The notes: a model not told the origin generated them from the sequence alone. A stretch of DNA of 39,034 nucleotides from Candidatus Allobutyricicoccus pentlandensis (GCA_904398645.1 CAJFPH010000125.1:1-39034); one strand, 5' to 3'; counted from the stretch's first letter, positions 8,364 to 17,089 are shown. Made by a program: numbers and translations.

Positions 8364-10310
8364 ATGAAAAATATGCATTTTACAACCCCCGTATCTGTAA
8401 AAAACGTACAGATACATGATTCCTTTTTCAGTAATCTCATGAAAATTACCGTTGAAAAGCTGATTCCCTATCAATGGCGCGCCTTGAATGATGAAATACC
8501 CGATGCGGAACCCAGCTACTGTATGCGTAATTTTAAAATTGCTGCGGGATTGGAAACCGGAGAGCACGGCGGCATGGTGTTTCAGGACAGCGATCTTGCA
8601 AAGTGGATTGAGGCTGTCGCTTACTCTCTAATTTGGAATCCGGACGCAGCGCTTGAAAAGACAGCGGATGAAGCAATCGATATTGTCGCGCAGGCGCAGC
8701 TTCCAGACGGATACCTGGATACTTATTATATTCTAACGGGAATTGAAAACCGTTGGACAAATACCAAAGACAACCATGAAATGTATTGTGCCGGGCATAT
8801 GCTGGAGGCCGCCGTGGCGTATTATCAGGCAACCGGAAAGCGCAAGCTTCTGGACGTGATGATTGCCTGTGTAGAACATATCGCAAGCGTCATAGGCCCG
8901 GAAGAAGGCAAGCTGCGTACATATCCCGGCCATGAAGTGTTAGAGATGGCATTATGTAAACTTTATGAGATCACGAAAGATGAACGCCATCTCAGCCTGG
9001 CGAAGTATTTCATTGATGAGCGTGGCGCGTCCCCCAGCTATTTTGTCGCGGAGGGGGAGCGCAACAACCGCCCTGTCAGACCGAACTCACCGTTTAATCT
9101 GCGGTATTATCAGGCGGACCGCCCTGTGCGCGAACAGGAAGGCGCTGAAGGCCACGCCGTACGCGCGGGATATCTCTATTCCGGTATGGCTGATGTGGCA
9201 CGCCTGACGGAAGACAGAGGCTTGTACGAGGCTTGCAGCCGGATCTGGTATGACATTACGCGCCGCCAAATGTATATTACGGGCGCTATTGGGCAGTCTG
9301 CGGCAGGAGAATCGTTCTCGTTTGACTATGATTTGCCAAATGATCTCGTTTATGGCGAGACTTGTGCCGCTATTTCGCTGGCGTTCTTTGCACAGCGTAT
9401 GCTGCGTCTGGAACCACGGGGCGAATATGCCGACGTACTGGAACGCGTGCTTTATAATGGAACCATCAGCGGCATGTCGCTTGACGGGACAAAATTTTTC
9501 TATGTCAATCCTCTTGAGGTTGATCCGGTGCGGTGTGAGCAGAATCATCAGTTCCGTCATGTGAAGCCGGAGCGCCAGAAGTGGTTTGGCTGTGCGTGCT
9601 GCCCGCCGAATTTGGGAAGGCTGCTGGCATCTTTGCCAGGATATCTCTATCATACGAGTGGGGATACGGTTTATGTAAACCTTTATACGACGAATGAGAT
9701 GAGGCAGAGCCTTGCGGCGGGAGAGGTTTCGCTCTCTGTAAAAACCGACTATCCTTGGGACGGTACAGTCAGGCTGACAGTGAATACGGCGCCGGGGGAT
9801 ATGGTGCTTGCCTTGCATCTGCCCGGCTGGTGCCGCAGCTTTACGGTAGCCGTAAATGGTGCGCCGGCGGAGTATAAACAGCAGGACGGCTATCTGTACC
9901 TTGCGCGCGATTGGTCTGTGGGTGACAGCGTTGTGCTTACGTTGGATATGCCGGTTATGACCGTACGCGCCAATCCCCGTGTTTCGGAGGATATCGGCAA
10001 AGTTGCCATACAGCGCGGCCCTGTGGTTTATTGCCTGGAAGAACCTGATAACGGAAGAGACCTTCAACGTTTATATTTGTCTGCAAATACGGCATTTTCC
10101 TGCCGGTATGAGCCGGATACCTTGGGTGGCGTTGTCTCCATTGAAACAGAGGGATATGAACTCACGTTTAACGACTGGGATGACGACGCGCTTTACAGCG
10201 GAGAAAAAGTTCCTGCTTTTCTTCCGCGCCGCCTGCACTTCATTCCGTATTATGCCTGGGCAAACCGTGGGCCGGCGGAAATGACGGTATGGGTGCATGA
10301 AAAGCTGTGA
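8364..10310 (+). CDS. Glycoside hydrolase family 127 (beta-L-arabinofuranosidase, HypBA1-like / DUF1680)
   Basis: 648 aa. The N-terminus 'VQIHDSFFSN...LIPYQW' and the Cys cluster 'WFGCACCPPN' are characteristic of GH127. RBS AAGGAGG lies 8 nt upstream of the ATG. Confidence 0.88.
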   Translation: MKNMHFTTPVSVKNVQIHDSFFSNLMKITVEKLIPYQWRALNDEIPDAEPSYCMRNFKIAAGLETGEHGGMVFQDSDLAKWIEAVAYSLIWNPDAALEKTADEAIDIVAQAQLPDGYLDTYYILTGIENRWTNTKDNHEMYCAGHMLEAAVAYYQATGKRKLLDVMIACVEHIASVIGPEEGKLRTYPGHEVLEMALCKLYEITKDERHLSLAKYFIDERGASPSYFVAEGERNNRPVRPNSPFNLRYYQADRPVREQEGAEGHAVRAGYLYSGMADVARLTEDRGLYEACSRIWYDITRRQMYITGAIGQSAAGESFSFDYDLPNDLVYGETCAAISLAFFAQRMLRLEPRGEYADVLERVLYNGTISGMSLDGTKFFYVNPLEVDPVRCEQNHQFRHVKPERQKWFGCACCPPNLGRLLASLPGYLYHTSGDTVYVNLYTTNEMRQSLAAGEVSLSVKTDYPWDGTVRLTVNTAPGDMVLALHLPGWCRSFTVAVNGAPAEYKQQDGYLYLARDWSVGDSVVLTLDMPVMTVRANPRVSEDIGKVAIQRGPVVYCLEEPDNGRDLQRLYLSANTAFSCRYEPDTLGGVVSIETEGYELTFNDWDDDALYSGEKVPAFLPRRLHFIPYYAWANRGPAEMTVWVHEKL

Positions 10311-10391
10311 GGTTTACAGTACAGAGGGACGTTTTTGCCGTTTACGGAGATCATAGCGATAGAAACTGGACGACAGACAGGAGACATAGCG

Positions 10392-10865
10392 ATGCAAATA
10401 AGGCGGCAAGTGATTTTGTGGGTGATTTTTGTTCTATACAGCATTGCTATGCTTTGGCTGCTGTTTGAAAGACCAACTTTTGATATAGGCAGGTCCTATT
10501 GGGAGCAGATAGAGATGAACGTCAATTTTATCCCGTTCAAAACGATTCGCGGGTACATTTATGTGCTGATATATAGGACAAATATGTATTTGATACCTAA
10601 TGCGTTTATAAACTTGGTTGGAAACATCGTTGCATTTGTTCCGCTGGGTTGCTTTTTGCCCAGTTTGTGTAAAAATTTGCAATCATTCAAAACTTTATTC
10701 CTCAGCGCCGCCGCAATTATTCTTGTCATTGAGTTGATTCAGCTTTTTTCATTAAGGGGGAGCTGTGATATTGACGATTTGATTTTAAATCTTGTTGGCG
10801 TTGTTGTGGGTTTTCTACTACGCCGGGGCTTTATTTTCTGCCGGCAGAAAAAGAAAATTGCTTAA
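10392..10865 (+). CDS. VanZ family membrane protein
   Basis: Matches the VanZ-like pattern: 'NFIPFKTI', 'NLVGNIVAFVPLGCFLP', 'IELIQLF..RGSCDIDDLILNLVGVVVGF'. Start is ATG 10392 with AGGAGA upstream. The track ORF starts at 10335. Confidence 0.8.
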   Translation: MQIRRQVILWVIFVLYSIAMLWLLFERPTFDIGRSYWEQIEMNVNFIPFKTIRGYIYVLIYRTNMYLIPNAFINLVGNIVAFVPLGCFLPSLCKNLQSFKTLFLSAAAIILVIELIQLFSLRGSCDIDDLILNLVGVVVGFLLRRGFIFCRQKKKIA

Positions 10866-10900
10866 TCATTGTTCCAAGCGAAGAACAACGATCAAATAGA

Positions 10901-10930
10901 AAAAGCATCCGCACTGTGTGGATGCTTTTT
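10901..10930. terminator. Bidirectional intrinsic terminator between convergent genes
   Basis: AAAAGCAUCC-gcacugugu-GGAUGCUUUUU. There is an A-tract on one side and a U-tract on the other. Confidence 0.75.
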
Positions 10931-10994
10931 CTGTGCTTATAGATTTTAATTGAAAACAATTTACCGGAGTGCAAGCGTATATCCGAGCAGATTA

Positions 10995-11813
10995 CTATTT
11001 TTCGCAGTAAACAAAATGATAGGCTTCTTCATATGCGGAGAGCTCTGCCGGTGAAAGCGGAGAAACAAGTTGATCGACCAGTTTTGCATCCACATAACAA
11101 ACGCCTTCTGCCAGAGCGCGGCAGACCGTTTGATGTCCGCGAACGATGAAATGCCGGTTGTTTGCAAACGCAACTTCTACAGCGCCTGCGCCGTCCGCGG
11201 TACCCAGTGGTTGCGTAGGATAGAGCGTACGAGGGGAAAGCATCATACGTGTGCCTTCCCAGGGCTGTGCCTGATAGGCAGAAAAGCAGTCGTAAACTGT
11301 TTGGCAGACCGTTTCCGGCGGGGCGAAAGAAGTATCAACAATGAGATCATAGTTGTGATAGTCAAGGTTATCGACATGATAAATATCGCGAAAACGCGCG
11401 TTTTCAACTTTTCCCCGTTCCAGGAGCTTATTGCACGCCTCAAGGACATCCTGATATGTCTCTTCACTGCCGCGTGGATCGTGCATCACGCGTTGCGCTG
11501 CGATCAGGGGATCAACGGTTACAAAAATTTTGAAGGAACGCTCTGCAAAATACCAGGCCATACGGGAATCAAAAATAATCGCATCTTTCCTGCGTTCGCG
11601 TGACAACCTTGCAACCTCGTCGTCGATTACATGGTCAAGCGCGGGATCGGTCAACATGCGCTGGTTCAGCTCCAGCGTGCTGATCCCCATTTTTTTTGCT
11701 GCTTCGCGCTGAACTGCACCGGTGGAGTAAATCTCAAATCCGTGCTTCTTCTGTAAAAATTTGCAAATTGTAGATTTTCCGCTACCAAGTTTACCCGCAA
11801 TTGAAATGTGCAT
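10995..11813 (-). CDS. Cytidylate-kinase-like P-loop NMP kinase fused to a C-terminal ParB/Srx-like domain
   Basis: N-terminal 'ISIAGKLGSGKSTICKFL', followed by a body resembling cytidylate_kin2/AAA_17. The C-terminal ~90 aa begin 'LSPRTLYPTQPLG' and contain 'FIVRGHQTVCRAL', reminiscent of the ParBc_2/sulfiredoxin fold. The domain call is from memory only. Confidence 0.7.
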   Translation of the reverse strand: MHISIAGKLGSGKSTICKFLQKKHGFEIYSTGAVQREAAKKMGISTLELNQRMLTDPALDHVIDDEVARLSRERRKDAIIFDSRMAWYFAERSFKIFVTVDPLIAAQRVMHDPRGSEETYQDVLEACNKLLERGKVENARFRDIYHVDNLDYHNYDLIVDTSFAPPETVCQTVYDCFSAYQAQPWEGTRMMLSPRTLYPTQPLGTADGAGAVEVAFANNRHFIVRGHQTVCRALAEGVCYVDAKLVDQLVSPLSPAELSAYEEAYHFVYCEK

Positions 11814-11890
11814 GAAAAAGCGCCCCCATTTATCTGTTCATAAAATATATCTTACTTCTGTCAAAGGAAATTGTCAAGGAATCGGGCGGA

Positions 11891-13927
11891 TTATTGCAGG
11901 GAACGATAGTAGAGTCCATTTGTTCGTGGGAAGTCAGGCGCGGACTGTGCCGAAAACATGGCCGCAATCCGTTCACATTCCCCGGAGGACTCGTTTGTGA
12001 AATAAAGAATTGCATGATCTATGCCATTTACCGGCTTGTCGGCAATATAGAGAGGAACAGAATTGAGTAGCGTTGTATACGTTCGGCCATGACAAAGTAG
12101 CGGGAACGTCACGCCGCGACGGTCTGTCAGGTCAGGATGCCCATTACAGGAATTGCAGCAGGACTTTGCCGGACAGGCGCGCATACGCATAAGCGGCAGA
12201 TACCCATACGCCAGAATACCGCGCGGCAGAGCACCGCCCAGGGAACGAATTTTTTGCATGGAGAGTTCTAGTGAGACGGTAACGCTGGCAAGCCCCAGCT
12301 TTTCATATTCGGCAAGCGCGGCTGTGTTTAACAGATTCAAGCCAAAGCCCCCGTGTATCCGGAAACCAAAACGCCGTGCAAGAGGAATGCCATAAACATT
12401 GTCGGTCAGAACATCCCGAACGCCAAGTTGGAACAGGCGCGAAAGGCATTCGGCAAATGCCGGTTCGTCTTCGGGAAAAAGCAGAGCGGGTAATTCCGCA
12501 ATGAGACGACCGGCAAAGCGGGTGATCAAGTCAGGGCGATGATCCAATACGTTTGCAGGGAGAAGAATACGATCAAACCGTGTTGTGTCTTTCGGTATCT
12601 GTGTTTCCTCTTCAAATCTGCCCCAAAGCGCGACAGTCTGCGCACAAGTATGCGCTATGTAGGGTTCAGCCGGTGCGGCACGGTATGGATGGGGATGGGG
12701 CATACTACGCTTATGCAGCAATTCAGCTAGTGCCGTGCGCCGGAGTGCATTCAGGTCTGAAATGGGAAGCATTACCCCCTCGGCAATATGGCAGGAGAAA
12801 GTACGCAGATAAAATGGCGTACCCCCCATTTTTTCAAGGCTTTTTTTTGCGGAAGCCCCGTCCGTTGGCCGTGTGCGCGCGGTCTGAGGTATAGGACCTG
12901 TCACGTGAACCCGGTCTTCACCACAGGCCGCGTCCAGATAAGAAATCTCAGGTGTTAAAGTCAGAGAGAGGTCGACCGGTATGGACGGCCGCTCCTCTTT
13001 ATAGAGTCCGGAAAGTTCACGGAAGACGCCCTCCGCCGCCTGCACGTCTTCACGGCGGCGGTAACCAAACATTTCCGGAGTGCGCCGGCCCGTGAGATAT
13101 CCGGCCGTAAATCCGCTGCGTGAAAAAACCGCACGTAATCGCGCCATATCAGGCGTTTTGCCCTCCATAGCATCGCGACACGCCGTAACCGCCGCCGCAA
13201 CATATTCCGGACGCTTCATGCGTCCTTCGATTTTGAAGGAAACTACCCCCGCGTCGGTCAGCTCCCGAATATGATGAATTACGGAGAGATCCTTTAGAGA
13301 AAGCGCGTGATCGTGCGTACCAAAACGAAAGTCCAGGCGGCATGGCTGGGCACATAGTCCGCGGTTTCCACTGCGGCCGCCAAGCATGGCCGAGAGATAA
13401 CACATCCCCGAGACACTCATGCAGTGCGCGCCATGAACAAAGACCTCCGTCTCGATTTCGACACAACGGTTGATTTCCGCAATCTCATGCAGAGAAAGTT
13501 CTCGCGCCAGCACTACGCGGTCAAAGCCCAATTCCTGCATCAGACGTACGCCATCCATGTTGTGAACCGCCATTTGCGTTGAGGCGTGACGGCGTATCGT
13601 GGGATAGTGGTCACGAAAGAGCCGCATGACCGCAAGATCCTGGATGATGACGGCGTCCGCGCCGCTTTCTGCAATTTCACGAGCGGTACCTTCAAGCGCG
13701 TCCATCTCATCGTCCATGACAAGCGTATTGACTGTGACGTGTACGCGTACGCCGCGTGCATGACAATAGGAAACGGCGTCAGCCAGTGAATATTTATCAA
13801 AGTTTTCAGCGTTGCGTCTGGCATTAAACCCTTTCGCGCCGAGGTAAACGGCGTCTGCACCGCAACGCACGGCAGCCAGTAGCTGTTCACGCCCGCCAAC
13901 AGGGGCCAGGATCTCCGGTACTTTCAT
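11891..13927 (-). CDS. Peptidase U32 family protein (PrtC/RlhA/TrhP-like), long form
   Basis: The typical U32 N-terminus 'PEILAPVGGREQLLAAVRCGADAVYLGAKGFNARR' is present, as is 'FKIEGRMKRPEYV'. Start is ATG 13927 (MKVPEIL) with GGAG upstream. The track ORF starts at 13939. Confidence 0.88.
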   Translation of the reverse strand: MKVPEILAPVGGREQLLAAVRCGADAVYLGAKGFNARRNAENFDKYSLADAVSYCHARGVRVHVTVNTLVMDDEMDALEGTAREIAESGADAVIIQDLAVMRLFRDHYPTIRRHASTQMAVHNMDGVRLMQELGFDRVVLARELSLHEIAEINRCVEIETEVFVHGAHCMSVSGMCYLSAMLGGRSGNRGLCAQPCRLDFRFGTHDHALSLKDLSVIHHIRELTDAGVVSFKIEGRMKRPEYVAAAVTACRDAMEGKTPDMARLRAVFSRSGFTAGYLTGRRTPEMFGYRRREDVQAAEGVFRELSGLYKEERPSIPVDLSLTLTPEISYLDAACGEDRVHVTGPIPQTARTRPTDGASAKKSLEKMGGTPFYLRTFSCHIAEGVMLPISDLNALRRTALAELLHKRSMPHPHPYRAAPAEPYIAHTCAQTVALWGRFEEETQIPKDTTRFDRILLPANVLDHRPDLITRFAGRLIAELPALLFPEDEPAFAECLSRLFQLGVRDVLTDNVYGIPLARRFGFRIHGGFGLNLLNTAALAEYEKLGLASVTVSLELSMQKIRSLGGALPRGILAYGYLPLMRMRACPAKSCCNSCNGHPDLTDRRGVTFPLLCHGRTYTTLLNSVPLYIADKPVNGIDHAILYFTNESSGECERIAAMFSAQSAPDFPRTNGLYYRSLQ

Positions 13928-13960
13928 AGCGAACTCCATTCTTTGTGAATCATTTTTTCC

Positions 13961-13989
13961 ATCATATCATAAACCATGCGTCTTGCCAA
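13961..13989 (-). promoter_or_regulatory. Candidate sigma-70 promoter for the U32 gene
   Basis: The reverse complement reads TTGGCA-17 nt-TATGAT, about 30 nt upstream of the ATG. Confidence 0.5.
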
Positions 13990-14080
13990 CCTGCCGCTTT
14001 GCCATAGCAATTGAGCTAATATCTTTCAGTTTGGGCAAGATTAAAATTTATGGCAGTTACAGTTTTTTGTGTGCTTTGGA

Positions 14081-14109
14081 TTGACGGATTTTGTTTTATA
14101 AGCTATAAT
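14081..14109 (+). promoter_or_regulatory. Near-consensus sigma-70 promoter driving the long leader and aminotransferase
   Basis: TTGACG-17 nt-TATAAT, read directly on the plus strand. Confidence 0.65.
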
Positions 14110-14177
14110 ATGATATTATTGCGCCTGGGTTGTAACCTGGCATTTTGCGGCTTTGCCGCTGTTTTGGGAGAAGAAAA

Positions 14178-14375
14178 ATGAACGGTCAAAATGACTTATG
14201 CCGGAACGAAGTGCGTGTTCGTTGTGTGGGTAATTGCTTTCAGCGCATCTCGGGTTTGGAAAAACGCTGCCACGCCTATGGGCATCATGAGTGGTGTGAG
14301 AATTACATGGTCAGGCTTTCGCTTGGCGCCCCTGAATTTTTTGAGGAGAAGTCGCACACAGAGAAAAAATTATGA
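14178..14375 (+). CDS. Hypothetical 65-aa Cys/His-rich small protein (candidate only)
   Basis: ATG 14178 is preceded by GGGAGAAG. The product is MNGQNDLCRNEVRVRCVGNCFQRISGLEKRCHAYGHHEWCENYM..., with 5 Cys and 4 His. It lies about 60 nt downstream of the consensus promoter. I do not recognise the family. Confidence 0.35.
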   Translation: MNGQNDLCRNEVRVRCVGNCFQRISGLEKRCHAYGHHEWCENYMVRLSLGAPEFFEEKSHTEKKL

Positions 14376-14586
14376 GTGAGCATTGTCTTTTACATAAAGG
14401 CGGGAACTTCCCGCAGCGATATCTATATCGATTGCTTGTTTCGCGGCTTGCGCGAGCGGGAGTCATTATAAGCGGCGCCCTGACTCCCATCGACGCCCTT
14501 AAACTGCGCCGCGGCTGAAACGAGTTTGCTCTCGTGCAGGAGAGGACTTGTTTTGAAAACAAAAAATAGATATCGAGGAGTTTATT

Positions 14587-15807
14587 ATGAATACCATATT
14601 GCGATCTGATAAATTAAAACATGTGCATTCCGACATCCGCGGCCCAGTGTATTTTGAAGCGCTTCGGATGCAAAAAGAAGGCATTGATGTCTTGCGTCTG
14701 AATACTGGAAACCCGGGTGTCTTTAACTTTAAAATGCCGGAAAGCGTCCGCCAGGCCCTGGTCAATCATGTGGACGAAGCCGTGGCGTACTGCGATTTGA
14801 AAGGTATGCCGGATGCGCGTGAGGCAATTTGCGCCTATCAGAAGTCGAAGGGATTTCAGGATATTACCCCGGACGATATTTTTATCGGAAACGGTGTCAG
14901 CGAATTGGTGACCATGGTTCTCACCGCGCTTTTAAACTATGACGACGAAATCCTGATTCCTGCGCCGGACTATTCTCTCTGGACGAATTCAGCGTGGATG
15001 GCGGGAGCCCGCCCTGTTTACTATATTTGCGATGAAGAGGCAAACTGGTATCCTGATCCGGAGGACATCCGGCGGAAAATTACGCCGAAGACGAGAGCAA
15101 TTCTGTTAATCAATCCTAATAACCCCACAGGTGTTTTATATCCGCGCGAGCTTTTGGAAGAGATCCTTGACATTGCCCGTGAGCATGACCTTGTGGTATT
15201 CGCCGACGAAATTTATGACCGGCTTGTGATGGATGGAAAGGAACATACTTCCGTTGCGGCTCTTGCGCCCGATCTTCTTGTCATTACCATGAACGGTCTT
15301 TCCAAGTCGCATATTATTTGTGGCTTCCGTTGTGGGTGGATGGTAATCAGCGGCGCGCGCGGACGGGCCGACGATTTTATCAGCGGTATTGTGTCTTTGG
15401 CTTCAATGCGCCTATGTGGAAACGCACTGACGCAGCTCGTCATTCCGACCGCGTTGGCCGATGAAGAAAGTACCAAGGCAATGTTGGTGCCCGGCGGCCG
15501 TCTTTATGAACAACGAGAAGTGACGGTGCGCGAATTGCGTAAGATACCGGGTGTCTCCGTAGTGAAAAACGATGCGACGTTTTATATTTTCCCGAAGCTT
15601 GATGTGAAGCGCTTTCATATTACGGACGACGAAAAGTTTGCCATGGATTTCCTGCATGAAAAACATGTGATGATTGTTCCGGGACGCGGCTTTGGCTGGG
15701 CACAGCCTGATCACTTCCGAATTGTCATGTTGCCGGAACCTGAAGTTTTGGAAAAAGCGGTTCATGATTTGGGCGACTTCCTGTCGACTTACCGTCAACA
15801 GGCCTGA
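14587..15807 (+). CDS. PLP-dependent aminotransferase class I/II, AlaA-type (alanine aminotransferase-like)
   Basis: The N-terminus 'KLKHVHSDIRGPVYFEALRMQKEGIDVLRLNTGNP' parallels E. coli AlaA. The PLP-lysine region is 'LSKSHIICGFRCGW'. RBS GAGGAG is present. Confidence 0.88.
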   Translation: MNTILRSDKLKHVHSDIRGPVYFEALRMQKEGIDVLRLNTGNPGVFNFKMPESVRQALVNHVDEAVAYCDLKGMPDAREAICAYQKSKGFQDITPDDIFIGNGVSELVTMVLTALLNYDDEILIPAPDYSLWTNSAWMAGARPVYYICDEEANWYPDPEDIRRKITPKTRAILLINPNNPTGVLYPRELLEEILDIAREHDLVVFADEIYDRLVMDGKEHTSVAALAPDLLVITMNGLSKSHIICGFRCGWMVISGARGRADDFISGIVSLASMRLCGNALTQLVIPTALADEESTKAMLVPGGRLYEQREVTVRELRKIPGVSVVKNDATFYIFPKLDVKRFHITDDEKFAMDFLHEKHVMIVPGRGFGWAQPDHFRIVMLPEPEVLEKAVHDLGDFLSTYRQQA

Positions 15808-15845
15808 CCGCTAAGGCCATCTGAGCTTTTTAATTAAATCTGCGC

Positions 15846-15903
15846 AAAACTCCCCCTGCGGCTGCATATACATGAAGTACAAGCACGCCGAGGGGGAGTT
15901 TTT
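15846..15903 (+). terminator. Intrinsic terminator of the aminotransferase gene that contains the ylmC SD
   Basis: AAAACUCCCCC (15846-15856) pairs perfectly with GGGGGAGUUUU (15892-15902). Additional inner pairing GCGGCUGC/GCACGCC is possible. A U5 run ends 1 nt before ATG 15904. Confidence 0.65.
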
Positions 15904-16194
15904 ATGGGGACAAGAATTGCCGATTTGCAGTGCAAAGAGGTCGTAAATATTTGCGACGGGGCCAGAATGGGCTATGTGAACGATGTCGAGCTTGATATTA
16001 ACACGGGAAGACTCGTTGCGATTGTCGTGCCGGGACCGTGGAGTTTTTCCTGCCTCTTCTCAAAGGGGGAAGAGTATGTTGTGCCCTGGTGTCAAATTGA
16101 GAAGATCGGGGATGATATCATTCTTGTGCGGTTTGACACGCCGCCGCAACCACGGCATAGAAAAAAGGAACGGCGCCGCAAGTTCTTTATTTAA
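15904..16194 (+). CDS. ylmC: YlmC/YmxH family sporulation protein (PRC-barrel)
   Basis: 'DLQCKEVVNICDGARMGYVNDVELDINTGRLVAIVVPG' and 'YVVPWCQIEKIGDDIILV' are typical of the family. Confidence 0.85.
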   Translation: MGTRIADLQCKEVVNICDGARMGYVNDVELDINTGRLVAIVVPGPWSFSCLFSKGEEYVVPWCQIEKIGDDIILVRFDTPPQPRHRKKERRRKFFI

Positions 16195-17089
16195 TGACAT
16201 AGGAGTAATAGGAACCTGCCATACGCTGGCCATCTTGCACGAATGTTTCCAACAGACCGTCCGCGGCTGAAAACTCTTGTTCTATCAGCGACGCATAGAG
16301 CAGAAGGACTGCGACGGTTTCCGGAGAGTCCAGGTATTCGTTGCCGAGCGTAAGCAGACGGGTGATGTCCCCGTCTTCTATGATACGGGCCGACTCTTCG
16401 TCACATTTTCGAGCCGTCTGCTCGTCCTGATAGTGAGAAAAATCAGCGGAGCCAAGTATCAGAAGAGACTGTTCCTGTGCGGCGTCCGCGAGGGCGCTGG
16501 CAAGTGTACGCAACGGCCCATCGCCCGCGCCGCGTGACAGCAGAACAGTGACAACGCTGGTTTCTGGAAAATAGTGCGCAACGTAAGGAACCAGAAGCGA
16601 TGCGGACCAATCCTTGCGAGCCGCGGAATCGTCTGTTTCCAGGAGAAGCGCGCTGGCCAACGCATCTGCCAACGTCAGATTACCTGCCAGAGAACCGGAA
16701 CTCCAGTAGTATCCGTTGCCGCAAATCTGAATTGGCGCGCCTGTCCCTTCGTGGTTGGGCGCAATGATCACAACTGTGTCCGGCGCCTCAACAACGGACG
16801 ACAGAATATCGGACGCCAGATACATTGCGGGCGCGTAGTGTGGCACTACGGCGCCCGCAATGTATTGATAGGCGCTGGACGGTTCCGCGCCGGTGATCTG
16901 TGCGTAGACAACTTTAGCATCATAATAGCTGCATGCAATATAATTACGAGTGTCGTTCGATGTCTCCTGTGATAGGTCCGAGTCGAAGGACATGTCATCC
17001 AGAGGCTCTTCTGGAGAAGAAGCTGTGCAAGATATACAACAGAGACATAAAAAAGCGGTAAGCAGCAAACATAAATACCGTCTCATCAT
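16187..17089 (-). CDS. MEMO1 / AmmeMemoRadiSam system protein B family protein with a lipoprotein-type signal peptide
   Basis: 'GAVVPHYAPAMYLAS', 'VVIIAPNHEG' and 'ILGSADFSHYQDE' fit the MEMO/LigB-like motifs. The N-terminus MMRRYLCLLLTAFLCLCCISC is signal/lipobox-like. Its ATG overlaps the stop of the upstream gene (ATGA). Confidence 0.75.
   Translation of the reverse strand: MMRRYLCLLLTAFLCLCCISCTASSPEEPLDDMSFDSDLSQETSNDTRNYIACSYYDAKVVYAQITGAEPSSAYQYIAGAVVPHYAPAMYLASDILSSVVEAPDTVVIIAPNHEGTGAPIQICGNGYYWSSGSLAGNLTLADALASALLLETDDSAARKDWSASLLVPYVAHYFPETSVVTVLLSRGAGDGPLRTLASALADAAQEQSLLILGSADFSHYQDEQTARKCDEESARIIEDGDITRLLTLGNEYLDSPETVAVLLLYASLIEQEFSAADGLLETFVQDGQRMAGSYYSYVIK

Noticed and set aside
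9087-10067. 326-aa ORF antisense to the GH127 gene
   Set aside because: It is Arg/His/Ile-rich and low in complexity, has no recognisable motifs, and lies entirely inside a well-supported gene on the other strand. This is a typical shadow ORF of GC-rich coding DNA.
14376-14586. T-box or known riboswitch upstream of the aminotransferase gene
   Set aside because: I looked for the T-box sequence (..GGGUGGUACCGCG..), a specifier-loop architecture, and TPP/glycine/ZTP/c-di-AMP cores, and found none. The region is kept only as an unexplained leader in the findings.
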